From positions 1 through 55,593 of the forward strand of contig CAZRIQ010000001.1 of NCBI GenBank assembly GCA_964600175.1: DNA of 55,593 nucleotides, written 5' to 3'. Made by a program: the position numbers and the translations under genes. Numbering within the stretch: the stretch's first letter is position 1; each line of letters begins with the position of its first letter. A model generated the notes under the pieces. That model saw nothing but the letters and a program-made list of their open reading frames with translations, was not told the origin of the DNA and did not search any database. The stretch comes from an uncultured Melioribacter sp. (lineage in GTDB: Bacteria > Bacteroidota > Ignavibacteria > Ignavibacteriales > Melioribacteraceae). Positions 35,175 to 45,874 of this stretch are shown one piece after another.

Positions 35175-37991
35175 TTAAACATCTAAATCAATTATTATTC
35201 CACCAACAACTTGTATCAAATTTGCAGACCCATCATAAAATGTTCCTGTAACTCCGGCACCAGAAACAGAAACAAAACCAGCCTCAGCAGAAACAGTACC
35301 TTTTGTTGTTAGACCATTTGCCCTTAGATATGTAAAATAAGTTGGTGAAGCAGCATCTTGCAAATAAATACCAGGACTCCCAGCAATATCAGGATCTAAT
35401 AAAAAATATTTATATGATGAAGTATATGCCTCTATTGCATCATCTGTCGCATTTATCACAACCCTTTGACCACTTGAAGCGGTCTGTATAGTTCTTCCTG
35501 TCAACGTTCCTGCACTTATATCATCAGCATTTATTGATCCTCTTACCGTTAAAGTTGTACCATTCCATGACATATAATTTGACGCATCGCCGCCAAAATA
35601 AAAGTTGCCATTATTTTGAATATAAACTTTCCACGTAGATCCGTTGTAATATCCCATATAATTATAATTTAACTTAAGCCCTGCACTACTTACTGCTGTA
35701 AAGCTAGAAGAAGGAGCAACACCACCTTGTACATAGCCTGTTGCATAAATAGCGGCTGCAACCCTGCCATCTGTTAATTCTATTGGCCTACTTGAAACTT
35801 GTGTACTCCAACTTGCACTACTAGCTGTCGCCAAAGCTCCTTGTCCTGCTATTCCAGCAGCAGTATTTGAAGCCGTCACATCTGCACCTGGTGCAATACC
35901 AGAAAGCTTAGTTCCTTCGGTACTGTTTATGTCCGATAACTGAGTCGGAGCATCTGAAAAATTAGAATATCCAGATGCAGAACCTATCACCAAAGAACCA
36001 CTGTCAAGATCAAAATACGTCAATCCGTCATGGCTCTGGATTTTCCCAGTAGTTATAAATGCACCATTTATGTAAGTTTGACCATAGGTAAGATTTATTC
36101 CACGCACTCCATCAATCGCAGAATGTATTACTCCAATTAAAAAATAATAATAAGTAGCGTCCTCATCAAACTCTTTGTCGTCTTGAGAGAAATCTATTTT
36201 GTTTTCAGCACTTGTATAGTTTGTTTTGTGACACTTAGCATATATAAAATATGCTCCGGCTGAAAGTGCGTTAGATTCATAATATGTATTTACATTAAGT
36301 GTCCAAGTCCCTATTGAATCCATGTCATCGTTATCAATTGCCAAATGATAAAGAGTACCGCCGCTTGCGGTTACATGGTCAGGATCACCTATATAATTAG
36401 GCTGAATAGTTACTCCGGAAAGCTGAAACTGGACAGACCTTGCAGCACCTACCGATAACATGCTTGTCTCTATAGACAATGGTTTTATTTTTTCAGGATC
36501 ATAATACCCATCAGTATCAAACACCAAACTTTTGAGTTCTTCAAGCCACAAATATCTCAGTCTTACGTTATTATTAATTGCTTTTACGTCTTGAAAAGTT
36601 TTCTTGATTTTGTTTGTTGTTTTTTCTGCTTCCGCATAAAGCCTTTCAATTAAACTTTTGTTTACAACATTAGAAAGCTCGAACGTATATTTATATTCAT
36701 TACATAAGCATTGAGTCAATGAAACTATTCTAGGTGATGTATTTGCTCCAAGATCATCATCATTTATTGTTACATAATCACCAAGAGTCAAAGAAATTGA
36801 GTTATCTTTGAAATATTTCCAATCAGGTATTAGACTGTAATTTACTTTTGGTTCATCGTTGTCTTCTAAATAAGTTTGCGCCTCTGATAAAAGCTGATCT
36901 TCAGCGGCGGTTATATAAGTAGTCGGCATTTGTATGCCAATAAATGTATATTGATCACCAGCCTGAATAACCTGTGTTGTATTTGGAATGTTGCCAACAT
37001 CAGGATCATTATATTGTATTAAATTTATACAGTGAGTCGTATGGATGTAGCTTAAAACTTCAAGTTCATAACCGGCAATGTTTCCGTCTTCAAAATGTAC
37101 TTTGGCATTTGTTCCGCCAATCAAATAGCTGTTAACATTAAAATCTATTGAATCGTCTCTAAATTGCAAAAGGCCTGAAACGGTCGTTATTGTTGCTGTT
37201 CTATGTGGGTAGATATGGTCAAATATTTCAGTATGTTCAATCGTTCCATAGGTTGACTTGTTTGATTCAATATAATTAACGCCACCTGTTTCAAACTTCA
37301 GTCTTTGCGATCCAGACCGATAGGTGCTATCTAAATTTCTGTCAGAACCCAAAGCATAAAGGCGCGTTATTATATTTTCATTGGTTACGCTTTTTCTTTC
37401 AATCTGTATTAAGCCTTTGTTTCTGCCATACTGAAAAGTCAATCCTGAATCAGAGCCTATTTTATCAGTGAATGAAATTTCTTTAGAATCAAAAGAAAAC
37501 TCTCCACTATATTCATCAACCAATCTATGTAGAGCTTTTAGGCAGTTTTCACCTTCGAAATATAAAAGTTTGAAATTATCTTTCTGTGTTGCGTCAACGG
37601 TCCCTTTAGACCAACCAGAATAAACTCCGTTCATGCTGTCAACAATCAAATCAATAAACCCGTCAAGATTTGAGTTATAATAAAAATTTAACTTATTATT
37701 GGCATCTTGAAGTTGAACGTTTAAAAGTTTATATGAAATATGCTCAAAAATTACGGTGTGTTTATATTGTCTTGTTGATTGCTTTTGGATATTGGGATCA
37801 AGATTGACATAGAAGTATTCACCGCCGACAATAACGTAATCACCGATTAAAATGTCTTTTACTTCATCATACGTCTCTGAAAGCGTTACCGTGTTCTGGC
37901 CTAAAAGCTCTTTGTAAAGTTTCGTTTCTTCTGAGATATTAACCGTAATATTAACAGAGCCACCACGATAGATGTCTAAAGTATCTGTCAT
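35175..37991 (-). CDS. Large tail tip/hub-spike protein
   Basis: FQYGRNKGL..ITRLYALGSDRNL..IYPHRT; low-complexity G/S/T C-terminus. Confidence 0.85.
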   Translation of the reverse strand: MTDTLDIYRGGSVNITVNISEETKLYKELLGQNTVTLSETYDEVKDILIGDYVIVGGEYFYVNLDPNIQKQSTRQYKHTVIFEHISYKLLNVQLQDANNKLNFYYNSNLDGFIDLIVDSMNGVYSGWSKGTVDATQKDNFKLLYFEGENCLKALHRLVDEYSGEFSFDSKEISFTDKIGSDSGLTFQYGRNKGLIQIERKSVTNENIITRLYALGSDRNLDSTYRSGSQRLKFETGGVNYIESNKSTYGTIEHTEIFDHIYPHRTATITTVSGLLQFRDDSIDFNVNSYLIGGTNAKVHFEDGNIAGYELEVLSYIHTTHCINLIQYNDPDVGNIPNTTQVIQAGDQYTFIGIQMPTTYITAAEDQLLSEAQTYLEDNDEPKVNYSLIPDWKYFKDNSISLTLGDYVTINDDDLGANTSPRIVSLTQCLCNEYKYTFELSNVVNKSLIERLYAEAEKTTNKIKKTFQDVKAINNNVRLRYLWLEELKSLVFDTDGYYDPEKIKPLSIETSMLSVGAARSVQFQLSGVTIQPNYIGDPDHVTASGGTLYHLAIDNDDMDSIGTWTLNVNTYYESNALSAGAYFIYAKCHKTNYTSAENKIDFSQDDKEFDEDATYYYFLIGVIHSAIDGVRGINLTYGQTYINGAFITTGKIQSHDGLTYFDLDSGSLVIGSASGYSNFSDAPTQLSDINSTEGTKLSGIAPGADVTASNTAAGIAGQGALATASSASWSTQVSSRPIELTDGRVAAAIYATGYVQGGVAPSSSFTAVSSAGLKLNYNYMGYYNGSTWKVYIQNNGNFYFGGDASNYMSWNGTTLTVRGSINADDISAGTLTGRTIQTASSGQRVVINATDDAIEAYTSSYKYFLLDPDIAGSPGIYLQDAASPTYFTYLRANGLTTKGTVSAEAGFVSVSGAGVTGTFYDGSANLIQVVGGIIIDLDV

Positions 37992-38953
37992 AAATCCATA
38001 TTTCCGTTATACTGGTTATACAATAATTTTCTTTCTATTGCAGAAAGCTGTCTATCCCAAAGTTTTACATTATGCAAACGACCGTCAAACCATGAAGTCG
38101 ATTTTCCTAAAACCAAATCAGAAACATCTATTGAAGTTGAAGTTGTTACAATTACCAAGTACCAAGTTGAGTTTGAAACGGCCTGACTTTCTGTATCGTT
38201 TAAATAAATAGTAGGTGATGAAAATCCAGTCGCCTGTAAATCGCCAGATCCGTCCAAAGTTAATAAGTGAGTTCCACCGTCAAGATCAATAATGTCTCTG
38301 GAAGTGTTGTCGTCAACATACATCCATAATGCGATTGTTTTAGCGTTTTTAGAAATATCACCAATCGTGACAAGGTCTTCAGTTCCATCAAATTCCATCG
38401 CACCGTTTGAAGTTGTTTTCCGATCAGTCGTATAATTGGTATTTGTTAAAACTCCATCATTGCCAAATTCTGATTGATCCGTTGCTGCAAGAGTGGAATT
38501 TAAAACCCAATGACCGATTAAGCCTTTCCATAAAGCGGGGCATGAACTTTCAGGTTCTCTGAAAACGAGTGTAAATGTGCCAAAGTTTTTTTTATCATTC
38601 CACGGTGTTACTCTGGTTAAAATTGATTCATCCCTATAATAAACCGAATACGTATTATAATCGTGTTTTAATATAAGTGAACCCAAACCGGCGGATTTCA
38701 ATCCTGCTTTCAATACTTCAAGGCGGTTCAAAAAATTAGCCTTTGATGTATCGTGCATCGTACACCGAATATTGATATTGCGCGGTTCATATTTAATGTC
38801 ATCAAAATCTGTGAATCCAGAAGCACCATGAGAGTCAGAAAAACTAACCTCTGTCGGCATTTTCCGTTGTGGAAAACTTAAATTCCCATCAATGGATTCA
38901 ACTATTAAATTGTATGATGTTTCTAAATCAACACCGTTAAATGTGTATGGCAT
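37988..38953 (-). CDS. Distal-tail-like protein with C-terminal LamG domain
   Basis: YTFNGVDL N-terminal domain; LIGHWVL..FDGRLHNVKLWDRQLS. Confidence 0.75.
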   Translation of the reverse strand: MPYTFNGVDLETSYNLIVESIDGNLSFPQRKMPTEVSFSDSHGASGFTDFDDIKYEPRNINIRCTMHDTSKANFLNRLEVLKAGLKSAGLGSLILKHDYNTYSVYYRDESILTRVTPWNDKKNFGTFTLVFREPESSCPALWKGLIGHWVLNSTLAATDQSEFGNDGVLTNTNYTTDRKTTSNGAMEFDGTEDLVTIGDISKNAKTIALWMYVDDNTSRDIIDLDGGTHLLTLDGSGDLQATGFSSPTIYLNDTESQAVSNSTWYLVIVTTSTSIDVSDLVLGKSTSWFDGRLHNVKLWDRQLSAIERKLLYNQYNGNMDL

Positions 38954-40881
38954 TATTTTGCCTTCATTTTATTTTTAATCCATTCAGGCGGATCTTCAAG
39001 TTTTAAATCTTTTATTTCATTTTTGATCTCGTCTCGTGTTTTGCGTCTGTAAAACTTTCCATCTTCATCGATCCTTACGGCCTCAGGGTCTTGTTTTTTT
39101 GATTGTGCTTCTGTAATTTCCGTTTCTTCTGAAAGTCGTTTTGTAATTTCTTTTTCCTTTTGTTCTGCATACCAATCTTTTTTGACAAGATCAATATGAC
39201 CCTTTGCGTTTTTGCGTCTCAAGTTATAATCTGTAAAAGTTTCTTCTGTAAGTTGACCGGTTGCAATTGGTATCCAGAAAATCACACCTAAATAATGCTG
39301 AACTCTTTTGTCAATCATATCAATACCGGGTCCGTTTGTATAAAGCTCTTCAGGTGCATCAAGCGGGTGAGGGCTTATTTGTGTATCGGTACCTGCGTCA
39401 TCTCTAAACCACAACTCGTTTGGGGTTGAACTCCCTACCCATATTTGACCATAAGCTGCTGTATCTGTATCTGCGGCGGCTTGTTCTTTTAAAGAAATTG
39501 CACCATCTGCCACAATTCTACGGGGTAAATTTTTAGGCGTTACGCCTGAATTGGTCCCATTGTTGCTAGCGGGGTTGGAATCTAACCACTGAGATGGCCC
39601 TATGCCACTGCCTTGAAGATCAAGAGTGGAGCCAAGTTGTGTAACGATAATATTTTTTAGATAAAACACATCGTCCCCACCGGCATCTTGAAACGATGTT
39701 GTTGCGCCATCAAGCGCGTACATCACAATATACGCATTCGTAGCCAAAAATATTTTTGTGACGCTTGTCCATGCGCCTACTGTTGATAACGTGGACGTAG
39801 TCCCTCCCCAATAGGTGCTGGGGAGCTGTATTCCATCAATGTTACTTTGCCCAGAGGGAATGTAGTATGAAAAAGTTATTTTGTAATATTTTCCCACCGT
39901 TTTGGTCGGACCCTTTTCGATGAAGTGTGTCCCACTAGTAGAATCCATCGTAAACCGAAAATTGTCATCCTGTCCATCAACTCCGTCGACATTTCCAGCA
40001 GCGGTTCCCCGTGTAGCACTTATTCCGTCAGCTCCTACGCTAAAATCACTTGTATACGTTGGTGTCTGACTCCCACCTTTATAAGCCGGATCGGTCTCGG
40101 CCATCCATGCAACAGATTGAGCTTGTGTTATTGCTAAATGATACATACGGAAATGAGACATTAAACCACCGAATGGTTTAGTTGTTCCTCCGGTTTCTGT
40201 TCCAAGTCTTAAAGCACCACCATTTGATAACGTTAAATTTGACCCAGATATGTCAACAGTGCCCTTTAGCACACCATTTTGATATAATGTTGCGTTTCCA
40301 TCCCGATCACAAGTTAATATTATATACGACCAAACGCCTGCCTCTAGAATATTTTCACCAATAATTGCGGTTGCGTCTGCATTGTTGTCATCAAACCTTA
40401 ACCAAATATCATTTGTTCGTTGTTCTAGTCCGTATCCAACACCACTATCTTCTTTATTGATAATAAATGCATTTGCTGTTGTAATTGAAGATGGTTTTAT
40501 AAAAATAGATAGCGTAAAATCACCAGTTCCGAAATCCAAATTAGCATCGTCTGCAATTTCAATATAATCATTGACACCGTCAAAATACATTACAGGGCCT
40601 TTTTCTGCTGCTGTATCTATTTGATATTGACTGATTACGTATTTATTAGCATCTGCAACAACAACGCTCGAAGCCTCAACAACTCCTGAAGTTGTAGGCA
40701 TTGAATAAGTTCCAACTATTTTTCCGCTTGAAACCTGAAGGGCTTTGCTGTCTGAAATTTCTGTAATATTCTCTCCATCCGCTCTAACAAGACCTTCACC
40801 GGATTTTTCGAATAAAAGATATTTATATCCATCTCTTATATCGACACCTTCGTCATAAATATTTCCGCTATGTCCGCCCAT
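38953..40881 (-). CDS. Tail fibre/receptor-binding protein with LamG and carbohydrate-binding-like domains
   Basis: MYFDGVNDYI..LDFGTGDFTL..FGGLMSHFRMY. Confidence 0.8.
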   Translation of the reverse strand: MGGHSGNIYDEGVDIRDGYKYLLFEKSGEGLVRADGENITEISDSKALQVSSGKIVGTYSMPTTSGVVEASSVVVADANKYVISQYQIDTAAEKGPVMYFDGVNDYIEIADDANLDFGTGDFTLSIFIKPSSITTANAFIINKEDSGVGYGLEQRTNDIWLRFDDNNADATAIIGENILEAGVWSYIILTCDRDGNATLYQNGVLKGTVDISGSNLTLSNGGALRLGTETGGTTKPFGGLMSHFRMYHLAITQAQSVAWMAETDPAYKGGSQTPTYTSDFSVGADGISATRGTAAGNVDGVDGQDDNFRFTMDSTSGTHFIEKGPTKTVGKYYKITFSYYIPSGQSNIDGIQLPSTYWGGTTSTLSTVGAWTSVTKIFLATNAYIVMYALDGATTSFQDAGGDDVFYLKNIIVTQLGSTLDLQGSGIGPSQWLDSNPASNNGTNSGVTPKNLPRRIVADGAISLKEQAAADTDTAAYGQIWVGSSTPNELWFRDDAGTDTQISPHPLDAPEELYTNGPGIDMIDKRVQHYLGVIFWIPIATGQLTEETFTDYNLRRKNAKGHIDLVKKDWYAEQKEKEITKRLSEETEITEAQSKKQDPEAVRIDEDGKFYRRKTRDEIKNEIKDLKLEDPPEWIKNKMKAK

Positions 40882-40890
40882 TTTATACCC

Positions 40891-41385
40891 CTAACTTAAT
40901 TTAATTCCATAAAAAACTTCTGGTGCAACGTATATGTCTTCTGGATAATAATTTCCGTTTTCCGGCAATCCGTGCAAAGGCACCGGCCAGCGTAATTTTA
41001 TATCAAATTTTAAAACTAACACATTCGACCGCCAAGGTGTTTCAATCTTTGCATTTATTGCGTCTCTATGATATACCATTAATAAATTTGCAATATCAGG
41101 GATAACAAGCTCATGCAAACCTGGTTCCGTAATTTTAGAGACCAATCCTGCAAAATTCAAATGAAGCCGTTCTTGTGTTGTTTCTCTTATTGCACATTTT
41201 AAAAGTATGTCTTTGGGCTCAACCCAAATATCAGTGGCATCCGTAAAAGCCGTCACACCTTCAGAGTTCACACCGAAGTCAACCTCAGTCGGGCCTTTGC
41301 GTGGAATTATATCAAAGAATCCAGACCCTTCCAAAACGTCAACATTAAATTCAGTTTTTAAATTTATGTCATCCCATGTATACAT
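40891..41385 (-). CDS. Distal-tail-like protein, paralog of the 37988..38953 N-terminus
   Basis: RKGPTEVDF..FTDATDI vs RKMPTEVSF..FTDFDDI; directly after TMP. Confidence 0.7.
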   Translation of the reverse strand: MYTWDDINLKTEFNVDVLEGSGFFDIIPRKGPTEVDFGVNSEGVTAFTDATDIWVEPKDILLKCAIRETTQERLHLNFAGLVSKITEPGLHELVIPDIANLLMVYHRDAINAKIETPWRSNVLVLKFDIKLRWPVPLHGLPENGNYYPEDIYVAPEVFYGIKLS

Positions 41386-44300
41386 TATCCACCCACTGCT
41401 CTAAGATTGAGTTCATTAGATAATTTTGAATCTATGCTTTCAAGTCTTTTTAACATTAAAGGATTTGCCTTTGTGTGTTCAGCTATCATAATGTTTGATT
41501 CTGAAATTTCCATCAAAGTATTTGATATTACAGAAATACTATTTGTTGACTTTATGACGTTAACCTGAATATTCCCAAGTTGACCTGCTAAAAGTCCGGC
41601 GGTGTCTTCGGTGATGCTTGATATTGCGCCAGATAACCCAGACATTGCGTTGTCATTTTTAAAGAGATCCCCAAGACCAAGCCCTTTTGCTATTTCTCCA
41701 ATATTCTTAAATGTATTCTCACCATCAGTTATTATTTTCATTAAAGTTTCTTTGAACCCGGCAAGCTTTTCAGGGCTTAAACTTCCAGAGGCAAGATCCT
41801 TTTTATTATCCACCATCCATTTTTTGACTGATTCCATAATAATTTCATCTTTAAATACATCGATAAGCATTGTTTTCATTGCCATTTCAAAGGTATCTGT
41901 AAAAATGTCAATTGCGTCTTTGCCTTCCATGATACCTTGAGTAATTGAGTCGGCAATATTATCACTTAAAGTATTAATGCTTTCGTCTAAAATAATATCG
42001 GATAAATCAATATTTAATGATTTTGCAAATTCAACTACTTTTTCCCATTCCTCCCCCATTGTTTCTGAAGCCGCCTGCCAATACTCTTTCATGACTTTAG
42101 CGTCTTCTTCTGTAAAGCCATCGGCATCCGCTGAAAGTTCTGCCCATTTATCATAAAACCCTTCTAATGCCTTTGTTACAATTGTGGCCTTAAAGGTATT
42201 GATAAGCTGGTTTTTCATAATATCATTAAAAGTTTTTGAGGACACTTTGGCACTTGAAAATCCATCTTCATAACCAGAGGCTATAGCATCCGCTATTTGT
42301 TCCGGTGTTGTACCTGTAAAATATTCTTTTAGTTTTTTAAATTGCTCAAATTCCAATTGCTCTAGTTCATCAAGTCTTTTATACGCATCATCAAGCAATT
42401 TTTTTGTTTCTTTTGCACCACCAGTCTGACCAAACGCATTTGCGAACAATAAAGCTGTTAACTTATAAATATCTATGTTTGTTTGTACTATTGCTTCTTT
42501 AGTTGCTTTATACTCAGCTAACATGGCACTATATTTTTCAGTTCCCATTGCACGATCTGTAGCAATAGACAGTTTTTCCATGTTTTTAGTTAGCTTTTCA
42601 ACAGACTTATCAATTGCTTCCAGTGCTTTATTTGTTGAACTTGTTAAGGTTTTCATTATGCCAATAGAAGCACTAAATATCCCAACCATTCCCGTAAAGT
42701 CACCTGTCAGTGTTGTAGACAATTTAATATCTGAAATTCCTTTTACTATATTAGCAATACCTGAAACTACACTGCCAATTTCAGAATCAAATTCACTTAT
42801 AAAACTACCTACCCTTTGAATCGCCGTTGCAAGTTCTTCAAGCTTTTTTCTTGAATTATCAAACTGTAATTGCACCGCCTTGTTAAGTTCACCAAAAACA
42901 ACCTTGTATAATTCTGGATATTTATCTTTTACATAATCTGCAATTTCAGTTAATTTTTCAATCCAAGCCTTTAGCTCATCGGCATTCATTGACTTTGTGT
43001 CTTTGAGTAATTCAGAATTAAGCTTCTTTATATCGAATCCGAATCTTGTTTCTAAATCTTTCCGTTTATTAATAAGTTCTTGTTCTTCATTATACCTTTG
43101 TTCTGCAAGCTCTACTTTTTTAAGTTCTGTTTGTTCAGCAAGATCGAGTCTTTCAATTTCTGCCTGTTCTTGGTCTTCACCAAAACGTAGTTCAGCCTGT
43201 TCCCTTAATTGGGCGAATTCATCTCTAATAGCATCTTTTTGTTCTTCGAATGTTCTGTATTTTACAAGTATGTTATCATAATATTTACCAATATCTGTAG
43301 TGTCTTTATCTGCTGGTTCTGGTGGCCCTACAAAAGCAGGTGTTTTTTTACCACCACCGCCAGAAGGTGGCGGAGCTTTTGGTTTTATATTTTCAAGCGC
43401 GTTATTAACTTTTTTGACAAGATCTGGATAATCTTTTAATAGTTCTTTTAAATTATTAAGTCTCTCTTTGTATACTTCAACACCAAGCGACTTATCTTTA
43501 AATGATTTTTGCAAATTTGATATTTGCTGCTCGAATTGTTCTTTTTCTGAATCATTAAGACCGTCAACTGTCTTTTGTAGATTTTCGTATGCTATTCGTG
43601 CTGTTTCTATTTCAAGTGCTAACTGCTCATTTCCAAGAATTTCTTTTTGTGTCAAATTTAATCGTTTTGTCTGGTCAATCTCGAATTCTTTTGTATTAGC
43701 TCGAACACGATCAGTTAAAATTTTATATACTTCATCAGCAGATTTTCCAGATTCAATTAATGAATTATATTCTTGTCTTACTCCTTCGAAATCTGTTTTG
43801 CCCAACGCTTTGGCCCAATCTCTCATTAAATCATTTGGCCTAAACATTCTTTGCTGTATTCTGTAATTTCTTTCGTTTTCCTTTATTTTTTGTTGCTCTT
43901 CCTTTGTTAACGCATTACCACCACTAAAACTTTGCATTATGGGCGTTTCTGGATTAGTCGGACTAATCATGCCATAAACGAGAGATTCTAAAAATTCCTG
44001 TTTGAATTGTTTATATTTTTTGTAAGACGTTATGTCTTCTTCTCTTTTTTTAATTATTTCATCAAGCCTAGCAATTTCTTTTGAATTTTCATCTTCTTGT
44101 AATTCATTAAGTTTTTGTTGAGATAGAAGCATTTCATAGCTTGCTTTTGCAATGCTCGTTCTCATTTCTAATATTTTTTGATCTCTTCTCAATAAATCGT
44201 CTTTAACTATTGTCAATATCTCAATCGAACTTTTTTCTTGTTCAAATGCACTTACTAAAGATGGAATTGCAATAGATAAGGCCCTTGTAATTGATTCGAG

Positions 44301-45548
44301 TTCAACCGTCTCGTCTCTACTTAATTTTGTTTTTTTGCTTAGTTCTTCATACCTATCTGCCATGTCACTAATTTGCGACCTTCCTTGACTCATGGCGGAT
44401 ATAACATCTTCCCAATTATCAACAAATTCTTTTAATGTTCCCTTTGTACCATCTAAAATGCTATTCATGTTTCCAACTGCATCACCAACAACACGTAAAA
44501 GCTTATCACCCCACGGCTTAAACTTTGCAGTTAGGTTATTCATTAAAAGCTTGATTTGGTTAGTCGTGTCATCTGACATCTTCTTAACGGCTGCCCGATA
44601 ACGATCCGTACCCTTTGACATCTCATCAAGAGTTTTTGTAAAGCCTTCACCTTCAATTGCTAAAGCACCGATTAACCCACGAACGTTCGGGAAGATTGCA
44701 GAAAGCTTTTCCATCTTGTCTTCATTGTTTCCTACTGCTTGCCACATTTGATCAAGAATGTATTTAAAGCCTTTAGATTTTAAAGTTGCTGCATCAAATT
44801 CAATCCCAAGCTCTTTAATAGTTTCTTTTGCTTGTTCTGAAGGTGATATAATAGCAGTAATGATCCCACGAATACCTGTAGTCATTATATCAATAGGAAG
44901 CTTTTTGACACCTTCTGCAATTGTAGCCATCATGTCATCGAAAGAACCACCAGCTTGCGCCCAAAGCCCTGCAACCATTGAAACGGCTGGTGCAAGCTCT
45001 TCCATCCTTGTTTTCCCGAGGCGAACTGTTGTAAACATCTTCGCGGCTATATTTTCGGCATTTCCGGCGGCTTCACCAAAAGCGTTCATCACATAAGTAA
45101 TTCCATCAGCGGCGACTTGTGTGTCTGTAACTCCTGCAATTGCTAAATCAGCCGAAGTCCTGAGAATATCCATTGCCTGTGCGCCGTCATGACCAGCGGA
45201 AATAATCTGATACAATGCATCAGAAAGCCCCAAAGCACTTTCAGGTGTTGTCTGTGACATTCTTATCAATTCATCAGACATGCCTTCAAAGTCTTTTGTA
45301 ACTGCGTCAGAAATTGTAGAGACTTCGGTCATGGAGTGTTCAAAGTCTTTGCTGAAATTATATGCCATCTTACTAATCTTGTGGAAGGCAATTCCAGCAG
45401 ACAAAGCAATACCTGCAAAAACATCCATTGCAGAAATATTTTTCATCAATCCTGCAATGATGCCTTTGGCTCTATTCGCACCCATGTATAGCCCTTTTGT
45501 GTCAAGGGCGGTAGACCAATGAAGTCCTCTGTCGCCGGATACGCTCAA
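41385..45548 (-). CDS. Tail tape measure protein (TP901-type core)
   Basis: 1387 aa helical; ALYQIISAG, TTVRLGKTRMEELA; C-terminal ITEDTAGLLAG. Confidence 0.93.
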   Translation of the reverse strand: MSVSGDRGLHWSTALDTKGLYMGANRAKGIIAGLMKNISAMDVFAGIALSAGIAFHKISKMAYNFSKDFEHSMTEVSTISDAVTKDFEGMSDELIRMSQTTPESALGLSDALYQIISAGHDGAQAMDILRTSADLAIAGVTDTQVAADGITYVMNAFGEAAGNAENIAAKMFTTVRLGKTRMEELAPAVSMVAGLWAQAGGSFDDMMATIAEGVKKLPIDIMTTGIRGIITAIISPSEQAKETIKELGIEFDAATLKSKGFKYILDQMWQAVGNNEDKMEKLSAIFPNVRGLIGALAIEGEGFTKTLDEMSKGTDRYRAAVKKMSDDTTNQIKLLMNNLTAKFKPWGDKLLRVVGDAVGNMNSILDGTKGTLKEFVDNWEDVISAMSQGRSQISDMADRYEELSKKTKLSRDETVELESITRALSIAIPSLVSAFEQEKSSIEILTIVKDDLLRRDQKILEMRTSIAKASYEMLLSQQKLNELQEDENSKEIARLDEIIKKREEDITSYKKYKQFKQEFLESLVYGMISPTNPETPIMQSFSGGNALTKEEQQKIKENERNYRIQQRMFRPNDLMRDWAKALGKTDFEGVRQEYNSLIESGKSADEVYKILTDRVRANTKEFEIDQTKRLNLTQKEILGNEQLALEIETARIAYENLQKTVDGLNDSEKEQFEQQISNLQKSFKDKSLGVEVYKERLNNLKELLKDYPDLVKKVNNALENIKPKAPPPSGGGGKKTPAFVGPPEPADKDTTDIGKYYDNILVKYRTFEEQKDAIRDEFAQLREQAELRFGEDQEQAEIERLDLAEQTELKKVELAEQRYNEEQELINKRKDLETRFGFDIKKLNSELLKDTKSMNADELKAWIEKLTEIADYVKDKYPELYKVVFGELNKAVQLQFDNSRKKLEELATAIQRVGSFISEFDSEIGSVVSGIANIVKGISDIKLSTTLTGDFTGMVGIFSASIGIMKTLTSSTNKALEAIDKSVEKLTKNMEKLSIATDRAMGTEKYSAMLAEYKATKEAIVQTNIDIYKLTALLFANAFGQTGGAKETKKLLDDAYKRLDELEQLEFEQFKKLKEYFTGTTPEQIADAIASGYEDGFSSAKVSSKTFNDIMKNQLINTFKATIVTKALEGFYDKWAELSADADGFTEEDAKVMKEYWQAASETMGEEWEKVVEFAKSLNIDLSDIILDESINTLSDNIADSITQGIMEGKDAIDIFTDTFEMAMKTMLIDVFKDEIIMESVKKWMVDNKKDLASGSLSPEKLAGFKETLMKIITDGENTFKNIGEIAKGLGLGDLFKNDNAMSGLSGAISSITEDTAGLLAGQLGNIQVNVIKSTNSISVISNTLMEISESNIMIAEHTKANPLMLKRLESIDSKLSNELNLRAVGG

Positions 45549-45874
45549 AACTTCCTCACTACGCTAATAGGATTAACTCCCCATTCTTTTTCTTTTATGA
45601 TTCTTAGCAAAACTGTCCCTTTTTGCTTCCTTGCCTTTTTGTAGTTACAAATCAAAATCACATCATAGCAATCACGACCTATTCTTTTTTCATCGACATA
45701 ACGCCACTTTAAAGGCTGTATGTCATCCAACATTGCTTCTAATGTTACAGCAGAGTCGTTCTGTCTTTTTAACCAGCTTTCCTGACAAAACTTTTTCATA
45801 GCCTTGTATTCTTTTCCACGCCAAGCCGCAAGGAAATTATATACAATTGTTTTTCTTAGTTGTTTTTCGTCCAT
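45545..45874 (-). CDS. Hypothetical protein (NTF2-like size)
   Basis: Coupled between GT2 and TMP. Confidence 0.55.
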   Translation of the reverse strand: MDEKQLRKTIVYNFLAAWRGKEYKAMKKFCQESWLKRQNDSAVTLEAMLDDIQPLKWRYVDEKRIGRDCYDVILICNYKKARKQKGTVLLRIIKEKEWGVNPISVVRKF

